A DNA stretch of 63,211 nt, filler included, from Phoronis australis (Eukaryota > Animalia > Phoronida): NCBI GenBank assembly GCA_002633005.1. It is 8 parts of 8 records of this genome, joined end to end, with 100 filler letters (N's around TTAATTAATTAA, not from the genome) between each part and the next. Parts side by side here need not be neighbours in the genome. Positions count along the whole stretch, not along the records: positions 17,926 to 37,636 come from NMRA01001073.1; 7 more parts are not named here. One strand, 5' to 3'. A program made the position numbers and the translations under genes. Shown piece after piece: positions 23,808 to 36,665 of this stretch. The notes under the pieces were generated by a model. The model saw nothing but the letters and a program-made list of their open reading frames with translations, had not been told where the DNA came from and ran no database searches. Position 1 is the first letter of the stretch; each line of letters starts with the position of its first letter.

Positions 23808-26570
23808 CTAAAAGACGAGGTAAACCCAAACGGCATGCGCAAACAATAGGATTCGTGCGAATCTCAATGAACTGCTGAGATTTGGAACTGTTGCTACACT
23901 TTCCCAGGTTCCAACCTCGTTCGTAGCATTACACAGTACACCTTTAGATCTGTGGATGATGTCAAGGGGTGTCAAATTTACACTCCCTTCAACGCGTAAT
24001 TTGGAGGGTAGAGTTGTGAATTCATGAGTGTCGCCAGCAGGGGAGACAATTGTGACAGTCGGTGTGGGATCTCCCTCAGACGAGCAAAACACTGCTAGGC
24101 TGCCATTCACTACTCCAAAACTGATTTCTGGAACAGAAGGCTTGGTGCATGTCAGATTGAGATTAACAAATTTCTCATGATTTGGACTCGAGAAAAATGG
24201 TGTATGACAAGTTGGTACATCGACTGCATGCAGAATACCAAATCCGCTTTTCCTAAATAAATCTCGAAAATCTCTCAATAAACAGTTGCAATGAAAAGGA
24301 TTCTTCTTAAGTTTAAGCTGAAAAGGCCTAAGTCTTGCTGTAGCATGTTCAATGATGATCTTGGGCAACACTTGTATTTGGTTGTTAGACACGTCCAAAG
24401 TGTACATATCTGAGAGATTTGGTAGAACAATATTTCCAATTCCTTTTATCAAGTTGTTATCCAAAGCTAAAGAGCGAAGATTGAGGAGCGACTCAAATAA
24501 TTTTCCTGGCACGTGATCGATGTTGTTGTGGCTCAGATTCAGGTTGACCACGCCCCTTAGATTAGCAAACGCGCTCTTGTCTATTGAAGTAATTTCATTG
24601 TGACTTAGCGACAGATGCACTAAATTTTGAAGGGGGCCGTTGAATGTGTATCTATTGATACTTTTAAGGCGGTTATTGCTAAGATCCATTTGTCCCAACC
24701 TAATAAGATCTTCGAAACAACTTTCGTCAATTTTCACTATTTCGTTACCTGACAAATCAATAATGTTTAATAGATTTAAATTGCTGAACAAACCAAGGGG
24801 TAAGTAGTTTATCTTATTACTTCCAAGTGACAATTTTTCTAAGCGTGGCAGTAATTGAAATGTTCCTTGTTGAATGTCCGCAATCAGATTACCTTTTAAA
24901 TTCAAGTTCGAAAGATATGTTAGACCGACAAAAGTATTATTCGTCAATCGCGTGATTTTGTTAAGTTGCAAAGATAACGAAGACACCATCATAGTTTCCA
25001 TATGTGCAAACACCTTATCTTCAATATGAGAGATTTTGCTGCCTGGAATACTTATTTTTTCAGCTCGCACGTGCTGCATAATTGACAATGATAGGATGAA
25101 GGGTTCATTTCCGAAATACGCGACAGATAATTGATCTGAATGTATGTCATGTTGTACAGGACCAGGCAAATTAAATTGAATGCTTAAGGTCTGAGCTGCT
25201 GTCGCCGGAAGTTGCGAGAGTGAATGTACGTGGATAACGAGATCAGTCAACGAGCAGTACTTGAAGATGTCATGTCTTACTTCCGAAAATTCATTGACAT
25301 TCATCTTAAGGTGAGTTAGCGATTGAGTAGGCTTAAAAAGTAAAGCAGGTACGCTTCTAATACTATTGCCAGTCAGGGACAACCTTTGGAGTTGTAATAA
25401 AGTGGCAAACGCATCGTTACTAAACGCTACAATTTTGTTGTAGGACAAAAGAAGGTGCTTTGCCTCAAATAAGCCGTACAGGGTTTCGTTTGTTACAATT
25501 TTCAGCGCATTGTGAGATAAATCTAGATACCACACAATAGGATTTTCTATCCAGTCTTGTTCAATCAGACCAATCTCATTATCATATAGGTCCAAGTGAC
25601 CCAGAAAACGAAGACCATCCATCGCACCTTTTTCAATCGTTTTCAGTCTATTGCCACTGAGGTCAAGAACTCGTAGCAACGGGAGGTGTTCAAACACACT
25701 CCTTTCAAGTCGTTCGATGTAGTTACGTCTGAGGTCCAGCTGTTCGAGTTGAGACAGTCCTCGCAAAGATGATGCGCTAACGGTTGATATTTTGTTATGA
25801 CCGAGATTGAGAGAGAGCAAGGCACCAAGGTTTCTAAACGGCGAGTCCACCAAACCATCGATATGATTAGAATACAAATTGATTACCTCGGCGTTCTCCA
25901 GGCCTTCTAAAAGGTTTGGATGCAAGGACGACAACTGGTTGCGCTCTAAGAAGATTTCTCGAACGTGGCTTCCTCTACTGAGAGCGGTGTTGTTTACGCT
26001 TGTAAAGACATTATCCGTCAAGTATAACCTAAATGGTGTGGACAACGTCGGAAGACAGGAGGCCGGGAATGAAGAAATTAAATTGGATTGCAAGTCCAAC
26101 ATTTTGAGACTTGACATTTCCGAGAAAGCGTTTTCCGAAATCGTCTGAATTCTATTAAACTTTAATTCCAATGTCTCCAGTTGTTTCAAACGAGTAAAAA
26201 CTGCATCCGGCACCACGGACATGTTGTTGTTTCCAAGGTAAATAGTTTTCAGATTTCCCAACTCAGTGAACGCTGTTTCAGAGATTGTCTGAATGTGGTT
26301 GTCTCTTAAGTCTAATGTCCTTACTTGTACTAGGTCATCGAAAATTCCACCTGGAACGAATTTGATCTGATTGCTTCTTAATCTTGCCGTTTTAACACGA
26401 ACAAAGTTCATGCCACTAGATAACATTTGCAGTACGTCCTGTATTCCACAAGACTCTACAAAAATATTTGCCCCGCGTGCAGCGGAAGCGGTGTTTTTTG
26501 TACATGCTTGAAAAGGTTTTACCAGGGAACACAATCCCAGAACAAGGGTAAAACAGGAGCTAAAGTCCAT
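23808..26570 (-). CDS. Intronless extracellular LRR protein (signal peptide, >20 LRRs, LRRCT, Ig-like domain, probable GPI signal), 920 aa
   Basis: Uninterrupted ORF; first ATG at 26570 gives a signal-like MDFSSCFTLVLGLCSLV; LxxLxLxxNxI repeats; NPFHCNC LRRCT; C.SEGDPTP...CNATNEVG Ig; hydrophobic C-terminus with no cytoplasmic tail. Confidence 0.92.
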   Translation of the reverse strand: MDFSSCFTLVLGLCSLVKPFQACTKNTASAARGANIFVESCGIQDVLQMLSSGMNFVRVKTARLRSNQIKFVPGGIFDDLVQVRTLDLRDNHIQTISETAFTELGNLKTIYLGNNNMSVVPDAVFTRLKQLETLELKFNRIQTISENAFSEMSSLKMLDLQSNLISSFPASCLPTLSTPFRLYLTDNVFTSVNNTALSRGSHVREIFLERNQLSSLHPNLLEGLENAEVINLYSNHIDGLVDSPFRNLGALLSLNLGHNKISTVSASSLRGLSQLEQLDLRRNYIERLERSVFEHLPLLRVLDLSGNRLKTIEKGAMDGLRFLGHLDLYDNEIGLIEQDWIENPIVWYLDLSHNALKIVTNETLYGLFEAKHLLLSYNKIVAFSNDAFATLLQLQRLSLTGNSIRSVPALLFKPTQSLTHLKMNVNEFSEVRHDIFKYCSLTDLVIHVHSLSQLPATAAQTLSIQFNLPGPVQHDIHSDQLSVAYFGNEPFILSLSIMQHVRAEKISIPGSKISHIEDKVFAHMETMMVSSLSLQLNKITRLTNNTFVGLTYLSNLNLKGNLIADIQQGTFQLLPRLEKLSLGSNKINYLPLGLFSNLNLLNIIDLSGNEIVKIDESCFEDLIRLGQMDLSNNRLKSINRYTFNGPLQNLVHLSLSHNEITSIDKSAFANLRGVVNLNLSHNNIDHVPGKLFESLLNLRSLALDNNLIKGIGNIVLPNLSDMYTLDVSNNQIQVLPKIIIEHATARLRPFQLKLKKNPFHCNCLLRDFRDLFRKSGFGILHAVDVPTCHTPFFSSPNHEKFVNLNLTCTKPSVPEISFGVVNGSLAVFCSSEGDPTPTVTIVSPAGDTHEFTTLPSKLRVEGSVNLTPLDIIHRSKGVLCNATNEVGTWESVATVPNLSSSLRFARILLFAHAVWVYLVF

Positions 26571-27051
26571 GTTACACTGCCGAAAGATGTCAAGTCGCTT
26601 CACTATGCTTGCACTGAAGTCTTTTAAACAGAACACGTTGAGTGCAGACGTTGGAATAAAGTCTCAACCAATGAACTGTTTCTTTTCTTTTTCTGGTTTA
26701 TAAAGTGTCATCAACGCCGTGATTGGTTGTTAAAAATAATAACTCCTATACGAGTGAAGTCGTGCGCGGTCCCATATAACTGTATGTTGTATTGGATGTA
26801 GCATGGGGAAGATGAACGGCGCAGACACATTTTTTACAGGACAAACCCTCGTGATAGCCCTGAAAATACGCACTACTGACGCCACTTTTTGGTCGGTGAC
26901 GAATGGGCCTCTTTGCCAATACATGACCTTCAAACTGCTTCGTATACAGTTTTCAGACTCTGATTACTTGATTAGATAGGCGCACTCAATATTTCTTTTA
27001 AATATCCGACTATTTCGCATGCGCAAAATGATGTATTACATGTATCTTGCA

Positions 27052-27202
27052 GTCGATGAAGCGACGGAGGAATTGTACCTTACATAAAGACGTCGACAAC
27101 GACTCGGAAGTACCGGCTGAAGAAAAAGATGACGAAGATGATGATGACGATGATATTGGTAGTGGTGATGATGGTGGAGGTGGTTTTGGTGGTGGTGGTG
27201 GG
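27052..27202 (+). other. (GAT)n/(GGT)n low-complexity tract, possible acidic/Gly-rich exon
   Basis: ttgcag|...|gtgagt bracket an open frame MKRRRN...EEKDDEDDDDDDIGSGDDGGGGFGGGGG; could be only a microsatellite. Confidence 0.3.
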
Positions 27203-30200
27203 GTGAGTTTAAACAAGACACATTATTGTGAGTTCGTTCGTTGGACATCAGTGATAAATGCATGGGTGTGGACTGTGGAAGCTTCCAACAGACGGTGACG
27301 AAAGACAACAAAAAGAGAGACCTTAAATGTTTGTTCTTAGCAAATTTGCTCTCACTGTCCCCATTGTCAAATATCTGGTTTTGCCACTGTTAGACACAAA
27401 TTTCTTTCAGTTAGTTAGAAATTTCAGATATAAACAATTTCAAGGGGTGTTTTCAAGGTACTTGTGTTATGAAAAGCTGTATGTTAACAGATGTTAAGTT
27501 GCATTTTAAACAAAATGTTGTTCATGAAAAGCAAGAAAGTTTTAAAAAGGAAACGGGTGCACCTGTACACAAATAAATGTGTGGCCTGAGCAGGAGACAT
27601 AACTAGCGAAACTTGGGCGTATGAGCCAAGATATGAAACACCTAGTTAAAAAAGCCGTGAAAAATGCATTATTTCGTATATAGGTTCATGGGCTTAAAGG
27701 TGCAGCAATATGCTAGAGCAACTGTCAATGACGACCTGCATCCACCCATCCGCAAGGGAAAACTTGACATGTATAAACAAACAATGTGTCAAAAAATCAG
27801 TGGTGTGCGATGTTCCCACCATAACTAAAGTTCTCAGATAACACAGAAGTGAATATTGTCAGAACATTAACTCTATATTTCTGGATATCTGGGTACACAT
27901 TAGCAAAATGGCCGCCACCGTTGAATAGAAGAAGAATATCTGATAGTAAACAAAAGCAAATACATGTCGGATTACAGTTTACGAAATATTCTGTCAATGC
28001 AATACCTCAAACACTAAATGAAAGAGCAAAGGTCAGTGATCTTTTTACTTTGTAAATTTCGACTTCAAAAATGTGACTCGTGCGCGCACTGAATCGTTTT
28101 TGCAACACAAGGGGGTGCGTGCTATTCGGGCAATTGAGTTTCAGAAGATTAAGCAGGATTCTATACAATTTCAGGTTAAGCTCTTAGAAAATGAGAACTA
28201 CGAAGGATGTTTAACTTTTTTGTTCACTTTCGCTCCGACACTGCCACAGGTCAGTCACACGAACACAGTCGAAATCCGATTACGCCAATTAAATAATCGG
28301 TCGCTGAGAGTATTATCTCCACTTCAGCTGCTGTAGGCTCATTATAGAATTTTCATTATCCTAATTGGAATTTTGAAATCAACTCGTTTATTTTTATGCT
28401 TTTGATAATCCGCTAGTTCATCACTCACTAAATGCAATTCTTTTGAAGTCATCAGCACATTTCAAATATATGTAAAAATCCAGTGTGACCGCCAGATGGA
28501 GTTTCAAAAACTCTTCTCGCTATTTTTTCATCCCAAAATCATCGGATATATTACATTTTTTTTTAGTTCGAGTGCGAGAAGTAATTTTCGTAAGTAGTTT
28601 TCGTAGTTGGATATCCAAAAAATCTTATATGGCAGCCAGATGCGTTTTGAATATGCAGATTTTACAAATTTCAAAATATATTTATGATGCCATATTCGCA
28701 TAAAAGATATCAAACTACACTTTTACCTGTTCTAACAAAACGGCAAACTTACAGTAGAAATGTTCGAATGCTTTCTTGGTCCAATACCACGGTACAGCCT
28801 CAAAAATGAATAAAATGAGGTGGGTCGGGTGTGACGACAGTTACGTGGACTAAATAGGAACTGTTTGCCACAAATGGTGTTCAGAAGTTCCTTGAATTTG
28901 TTTTAAGTACATTGAGTCCAGAAGACTGGCCTGTGATCTTGTATACTAAGATAAGAAAGTGCCGCCATTTTGAGAGCACATCCTTGTTGAGTCTTGAATT
29001 GACCTATTGCTAGGATTATGTTTGACGGCTTAACTGACCAATCAGAGCGCAGCATTCTTGACACACCTTCGTCTGCGTTTCCAAGCCGCCATTTTACCCG
29101 GCAAACAACACGTTGTCGGTAAAGATTATTTTAGTCTATAGCTCGAAAATTGTGCGATATGAATGGTGAAACGGAGTTGATATGGCGGGTGCAATTCTGA
29201 CAGCCGTTATACAGCTCGAGAAGAATATCCTGTCACTTTTTGTACATTTCCTAGCCGAAAAAGTGATGTCAGCTGTGTAAACGATGGATCAAACTGTGTT
29301 CGCGACCACACGAGCAGCTAAACTTGGCAATGTAGCTGGATTACGCGAAGGTTAAACACAAATATAGTTGTTCCAAGGTACTTTTCAGATTGTTGGCAAT
29401 AGGGCAGACCTGCCTGATTTTGACTAGAATTTCACTAGTCTGGGTGCACCTGCTGGATCCCAGCATAAGTCTAACAGTAGTCCCCAGAAATTGTAATTTT
29501 GATTTATTTTTCATTCATTTCGACCTACATGTATAATGGACATGGTTCTGTTTCGTAGCAGAGGTCCATTTTTGTCATTCATATACCCGTAAGCTGGCGT
29601 GAAACTGAACTTCTCACCAAAATTGACAGGTTCGATCGACACACGAAGGGAGGGGCACTAAATTACTGAACTCAAAGCCTCGTTCGAACTGTTGTCAAGA
29701 AAACATTATACAGTTGAATTATTTTCTGTTGAGAACCTCTAGTGTACACTGCACCGGTAGAGTTAGGGAGAGATCATTTTGTAGTTGTTCAAACATGATA
29801 CTTGGATTTATGAAGCTTTAAAAAACAATTTTAGTTATTTTTTTAAATGGCCAGTTTTTGCCACTACACTAAACTTATCATCTTTGTTACCATACCACAG
29901 CTTAGTGATCATGCTACCTTTAAAATCAAATGAAAATTACTTTTATGCAATGAAACAACAAAAAAATGTAAAGTTCATCAGAAGGTTGGCCTAACTTAAT
30001 AATGTCTTTATGGTGCACTAAATTCCGGCCAATTCCAAGACTTGGACACGGCCCTAGACCAACCGGAGCAAACTGCTTGCCGAAAATAAGATGAATATGT
30101 GCCTGAGCTATGAACAAGATTTTTGGTCAAAATATTTCGCTTGAAGATTAAAAAAATACGAACAGTGCTGTCGACTCGACCTGAAATACTAGGGAAATCC

Positions 30201-30439
30201 CATCAATTGTGACCTTCTTTTCATTTGGCGGAATTTAGCAGACGACAGATTAAAAATATCGGCGATTATTCACTGATTTTGTTCGAAATATAATGAAGTC
30301 TACGGCATTGTACAGATAATTCGACTTTAAGGTACACAGAGAGCTTTACCTGAACTTGTCGCATCAGTGACCTTTCAGGTGAAGGTAAACCCCGTGTGGG
30401 ATTCTTCGGATTTTCGCTGCATGGCTCCGAAATAATTTT

Positions 30440-30658
30440 CCTCGAACACTTATTTTTTCATCGTCGCCTTTACAAGTTCTCAAATCTTAAACGTACGATT
30501 CTCAGCTAAAAGTATCGCCTGTTGTCTTTGTCAAAGGGTTTTCGGAAAGTTCAAAAAATGCTAATCGATTCCACCAGGAACGTCGTTTAGCGACAGTGTA
30601 TTTGCCTCTGACTTGTCGGATGTCACGTGACTTTTTGGAGCTTGCGATAGGTCAATTC
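30440..30658 (-). mobile_element. Terminus of a DNA-transposon family (GAATTGACCTATCGC end)
   Basis: Inverted homolog at 36666-36900; a matching GAATTGACCTAT terminus at ~28997 may be its other end. Confidence 0.65.
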
Positions 30659-31319
30659 TTGGCGAGAATTCATGTTCCCCTAGACAAGTGAAAATTGTCC
30701 AAAATCTGTTTGGTATTGACATATATTAACTTGAATATGTGAAATCTAAAACACAAGTTGGTGTCCCCACGTAGCTACCTGCTCAACAGTTATCACAGAA
30801 CTATCTCAGCATATCTAGAAAGATAATTGTGAATAGACACACAGCCAAAACCTCAAGATTTGAACCTTAAGCATGGTTATAATGGTAATAACATTGATAT
30901 TCGTATCCTCACGTACTCTCTTTGATCATATAACTATGCTTCTCAGCAGGGGCTAAAATTCAGTCATCCTTCACTACAGTTTGGCAACATTGGAGTTAAA
31001 ATCAGCTTTGAAACGCTTTATCATAGTGTGCAATGTCCGACACTTCACTACAGATAAGAATCGGATTGAATATCGGATGCGGCAATCATGTTACCGCTAC
31101 ATCTTCAACTATAGACATCAGCCGGAACAAAACCTCTACTTAATGACCCCTTAAATTGTTATTTGTTGTCCAGACAAAAGCGAAAGGGAAAGGTGTAGTC
31201 ATATATGATAAAAAGATTACATCTCTAAAATAAATGTCACTGTTTCTGACCAGACCAAATTCTGTAAACTGAGTCATGACCCCACTGTTAAACGTGAATC
31301 TAGAATCCAGTTTTTTATC

Positions 31320-31482
31320 CAGTGTTGTAGTGGGGCGTAGGCGCACGTAGGCGCAGCCAACCACCTTTTGGCATTTGAACGTAACGCCTACGCACCGTAA
31401 GTTACTTTCAGTGCTCAAGGTGATACGGTGGGCTTTGGGCGCCTACTTACATTGTACCTCTAATTTTACTGCTACAGCACTG
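31320..31482. mobile_element. Short MITE with CAGTGTTGTAG TIRs and 7-bp TSD (TTTTATC)
   Basis: TIRs at both ends; TTTTATC at 31313-31319 and 31483-31489; internal GTAGGCG repeats. Confidence 0.75.
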
Positions 31483-32108
31483 TTTTATCCCATATGCGTT
31501 GAATCAGTCGAGGGAAATACTTAAGTTGCTTACATCGCTGAAATGGGAACGTCCCACTATTTCGAAGGTTCACTAGTTCAATGATTCACCAATCCGAAGA
31601 TTCAACGCCCCACAAATATCTAGACTTTCAAATTCAGATGCAATTTTTAAACTTTTACATGCAAAAATAAACGATATTTCGGTTATTAGATGCACCTATA
31701 TCGAAAACAACACCGGTTACTAAAACACTTGGTTTGGACTCCATGTAGATAGTGACCACTGTCTCCAGCTCGCGGCTGGCCAGCACAACCAGAAACCGTA
31801 GTCAGATTTGATGTGCATGCGAAATTGCCTGCATGTCTTAAAATGAATACGCACTTGCATTTCAAAATGATACGAAGTAGGAATACTGATGAATTATCAA
31901 CCATGACAGCGCGACGCACACGGCCAGGTCGAAACTAAATGAAGTTACTAGGCCACCCTGTCATTGCCACTTCTCACGAAATCAGGGAGTCCCATTTAGT
32001 CTTCTTAAATTTGAAACCGCCATTGGTCGCCGTAGCCGTGCCCCAGATGTTTTCTGCTTGAGAATGAGTCGTGATCACAGAATCAGAGTAGTGAAGTGTC
32101 GGAGTTCG

Positions 32109-32511
32109 GGGACCAGTCTCGAATTTTTTACTCGAAATGGAATTCGAAATTATGTTTGGCATATTTTACTCTACTTTAGTGCGAACTCAAGATAAGTGTC
32201 TATTACTCTATATGCTCGAGTACATGATGACTTAAGTGGATGATTTATTAGTCCTAGTTTGCAGTTGACAAATCCATCATTAAAGCTAAAAATTCGAGTT
32301 TGAACTCGAAAGTTCTAGTTTTCACTCGAGGTTGTAGCATGAATATAAGGTTTTTAAAAAGCAAACTTGGACTAGATACACCTATGCATAAACTATAATT
32401 ATTCGAACACAGTGTGATAACCACTTATCTTGAGTTAGTACAAAAGGAGCAGAGATATTGCCGAAAATAATTTCGAGTTCGTTTCGAGCACAAAGATTAG
32501 AGACCGGGCCC
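32109..32511. mobile_element. MITE with ~50-bp TIRs nested in an element with 15-bp subterminal repeats (~31545-32640)
   Basis: GGACCAGTCTCGAAT...CGAAATTAT is inverted at 32460-32511; flanked by TTCGGAGTA-type tandem 15-mers at 32520-32640 and an inverted remnant at 31550-31610. Confidence 0.6.
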
Positions 32512-33187
32512 TGGTTTTGGAATAGTCGAAATTCAAAGTAGTGAATTTTAGAAGATAACGAAGCTTCGGAGTAACTGGCATTCGGAGTACTGGACCTTCG
32601 GAGTATTGAACCTTCGTCATAGTGACATTGAACCTTGGAAATCTTTCCCATCAAGTTTGTAGCTCGTATGAAGTCTGCAGGGTTGTGCACCATTGACATC
32701 GATTGACTAGAGAATATTTTCATTGACCAAAGTTGAGGTCTACGCCTACTTTTCCATCATAACGTGAAAATGCTCAACGGTGTATTCTGAGTCCCAGAAA
32801 ACACGGTAGTTGAGTGTCTGGTATTTTAGCACGACGGAGGACTGCCTATAATGAACTTAACGTTAGCGTGTACTGAATTTAAAAGAACAGAAACGTTCAA
32901 ACGTGTACAGGCATACATGTCAATCCACCAATCCACAATCAAAGCGAACACAATTTGGATTTTGACGACTACTTTCATTTCAAAATTTGAAAATGCCTAC
33001 ACCTCTACCGTACTGTGCTTGCAATTAAACCAAAATAGCAGAATAACAAATCTCAAATTTCTGCTGTTTTGTTTCTTGGCTGAGCTTAAGGCATTCACAC
33101 CGCACTATTTTTGGGAGCTCTGTCAATGCCATTTACAAAACATGCATCTTACTTACTGAGGTTGTAGGGCTAGACTTTTATGTTTAG

Positions 33188-33359
33188 ATTCACATCTGGA
33201 CCGAGTCACCTGTTACCCTTTGGTGTAGCCACCACGCGCGTGGTTTATGAATTACATAAAGCCTGCTCTCATCATATGCACGATCCTGTCATCTACACAA
33301 GCAGCGGCACTCGGGTGAAGTTTGCCGAGTACGACTCGATGACACGTGAAGCGCTTTGA
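33188..33359 (+). CDS. Possible terminal exon of an unidentified gene
   Basis: ttttatgtttag| then 57 codons FTSGPSHLLPFG...EYDSMTREAL*; AATAAA ~33553; no family recognised. Confidence 0.25.
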
Positions 33360-35581
33360 ATCAGAGGCAAATTCAAAATTATTACTAACTTAGTTATTGT
33401 AGTTAGTATTACCAGTGGCTGAAACAATTTGTTGTTATTGTCCATTCATATCCCATGTTTAACGAATATGCTGGGGCTGGACCTTTTCGGCGAGGGGAGG
33501 GGTTCCATCGAACCCCCAGCCCCCCCCTCCGCTACGGGCCTGTACCATTAATAATAAAAGTAAAAAGGGGAAGCACCAACTATAATTTTTATTTAATTCA
33601 ACTTCAACCCTCTCCTCCAATGTTGATGCCCGGGGTCATCGCCACGGTGACTGAGCGCCATAAAGAAAGTCTATGAAAAGATAACGCGAACTTGTTCTAT
33701 ATTCACTATAAAGACAAAAAGCGACCAGTTCCATTGCCCGCATACAATGTATCTGTGTCATGCAAATGAAAGGATTGTCAATTTAACTAAACTGAAAAAC
33801 ATCAGGACACGTTATACCCACGAATTGGGAATAACATGTTTGCAACAGTGACCTTCACGTGACCTGTTTCCCGCCAGATGTGCGTTTGAAATTGTGCTGA
33901 AGATTTCTCAATTAACTTTCTGTATTTAAGNACACTGGGCGTAGCATTGCTTTGACTATTTTGACCAAGTGGTGAATGTGTTGAAAACTAGGCAACTAGC
34001 AATAATATAGTTTTTGAAAAAAGTAGTTACTTGTCATTTCCTACATGTAAGAATCATATTGCAAGAGAAGAAATCCTCCTTACACTATGTTAAACTTAAG
34101 ATATGCAATATATCATCGTCCAGAACAACTTGATCAGCATGGTAATACCTTTTTTGACTTTAGTATGTGGTACATTGTTCTTCTGCAATTTGAGTAAGAA
34201 CTTATTGAATTAACAGTTACTTACGAATTTATGCATGATGTAGGTGGGCAGTGACCAGAAGTTGTAGTGTGCGTACCCTTTTAAATAACTGCGCTGCATT
34301 ACGCCATTAAATTTTACTTGGTAGTTTTTGTGCAAAAATATTTTAGATTACCACCCTGGAATGATGATACTTTAGAATATCCCAGGTTCTACAGTTATAT
34401 GACAACCTTCATAAGTGGCCGCCGAATATGGACCTTGATTGTGATTTGCCAGAGTACCTTCGGTCCCAGTCGATGCGCAGAGTAATATGCCGTAGGGTAT
34501 TACTACACTTGCATGTACAGTAGCCTTCGACACTCCACAGATTTGCGGTGCGAACTAATATTATTAAAGAAAAATGTACCTTTAAACACCATGCCCAAGA
34601 CGAAATAACTCAGCACCGACGTCATCTTCAACTTTTCTTTCGACTGTAACAACGACGCAGACAAGCATGAGGCTTAAATACTCGAGACAGTGGTGTCACG
34701 TGCACACGTGAAGACTACAATGTACGTACATTCCGGGGTTTCTCGTACTAACAAGTAAGGATGGTACTTTTTCAGCAAATTTTGAGGTACCTGTGTGGTG
34801 TCCAGTAGGCCTTACATTTTCTTTTCATCCCTGAAAAAGACCACTGAAAAGTGGTGCATATTTCAGATTCGACTCACAAGTCCTAGGAATAAATGAACAA
34901 ATGAATACCGACGGTTACCACACGGCGTTAACCTTTAAATGCTCGGTAGTACGACAGTGTAAAGAAATCGAACATTTTTTAGGAAACAGCTTCAAATAAC
35001 TGTTGAAGGGTCGTCTGCTATAAAATCAGTGTATTAATACTCAGTTGAACTTTGACCACTTCACCATGATTCATGCTTCATTGTCACCGATTTTGTCTCT
35101 TTGTTGTAAATTGTCTCTGTTAGGTAAGGTATTGTTGTTCAAGACATTTATTGTGTTTTACCCCTGTTGGAAAATAATTTTGCATTGACAATGTACCATA
35201 GTGCTGCGTTGCCAATGTTTTGATGTAATGAATTAGAACTTTGAGTTTTGTTGCATGAGACATTGATACAGAGGAAGAAATCTTTACATTATTATTATTA
35301 GGGTAACCCTCCGGCTCCGCAGGTCTCGCGCAGACACAACGTGTGGCAGCTCGCGTGCAGGTTTCCGGCCAGCTGTAGTCACACCAAGGAGTGCTCGGTG
35401 GTTCCCTGGCAGAATGGTGAATGTTGGCCACCATAGAATATAGTACATGGACCGCCAACTCCGTATACTTTCAATGGACGAAATCTGTGAGCTTGCGCAC
35501 AAGACCTTATGTCATTATTCACTGGCGACACCTGGCTAAATTATCTGGTGTAATTTCCTGCAAGTACGTCGTCTGCTAATC

Positions 35582-35785
35582 ATGGTCGGCTGCTGTGTGG
35601 CCGGTTGTTCGGCTACGCAGGCGAAATGCAGAAGCGTTAGCTTCCATAGTGTACGGAGACCCCAAAATCCGCTGTGGGAGAAAAAGTTATGTTCTTGCGT
35701 CGACGTGAATGGAAGTTGTTCTTCCCAAAAAAATTGTACATTTGTTCACGTCACTTCGAAGATGGGTGTTTTTTAAGAGACTCTG
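35582..35785 (+). pseudogene. Frameshifted THAP zinc-finger domain (transposon-derived)
   Basis: MVGCCVAGC...SFH in one frame and RRREW...LYICSRHFEDGCF in the next form the C2CH THAP signature. Confidence 0.75.
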
Positions 35786-36665
35786 GTAGGCCTATTACTC
35801 AATCCTGTCTTCACAAATCCATTTTTCTTTTCTCCGTTTTGATGAAAACTATCTGATAAACTTCTTGACGAAAAATGTCCGCTAAATTTCTTCCAATGGT
35901 AGTGACTGGTGAACTCTTGTCCTTATGAGGACCTTCAGCCATAGTCTAGTGAGCGAATTAACCAAATTACTCTTCGGTGGCCCTGATCAGACGATTGCTC
36001 TCAGCATAATGCGCACATTTGGCCAGGATTTGGATCAGCGATTTCAACAAATTCACATTCGTGTACAAATAAATAGGACGCTAGTAAAACCTTTAACATA
36101 AATAAAGATTACATTAATACTTCAGAAATAGAAACCTGGACCTGTCAAAATCTACTGTATCCCGCAATTCAACAGCAGGTTACATACTCAATTATTTATG
36201 TCGACTGTATGCCGCACAAAACTTGAACCATCTTAGCCAAGTACGCTGCAGTCTATGAAAATACCGACAACTAACCCAACTTCTTTGCAAACATGGAACG
36301 GGGATATCAAAGGGGTATGAAGGTTGTTTTTATGCTTCAATGTTACATTTTTGTAAGCAGACAAATGTTTTTTTTTTAAATCTACCCTAATTCCTACTAT
36401 TTCAAAAGTATTTCCAAACCTTACGTCTTTCAAACGTTCATTGATGAAAAAACCATATTTCTTCAACCGGTTTTGTAAAGTCCTACAACCACCCCCACAT
36501 AATATGAACCAATCCTTATCCTAATGTAACAAAAAGGTCCCGTGCGTAACGGATACTAAGTATGGTCCTTCTGAAGTATTGGATAGGTTCTGCTAACGCA
36601 ACCTCGCGAAAAGTAACACAAGAATTCGTAACATGTACTATCGCGTTACAAGTGAGCAATTTAAC

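Noticed and set aside
26571-26636. Extended N-terminus of the LRR ORF in the ORF track
   Set aside because: Starts at GTG; the ATG at 26570 gives a proper signal peptide.
28175-28249. 75-bp phase 0-0 candidate exon VKLLENENYEGCLTFLFTFAPTLPQ
   Set aside because: Good splice sites, but no recognisable homology and it sits in TE-like sequence; no consistent gene model could be built.
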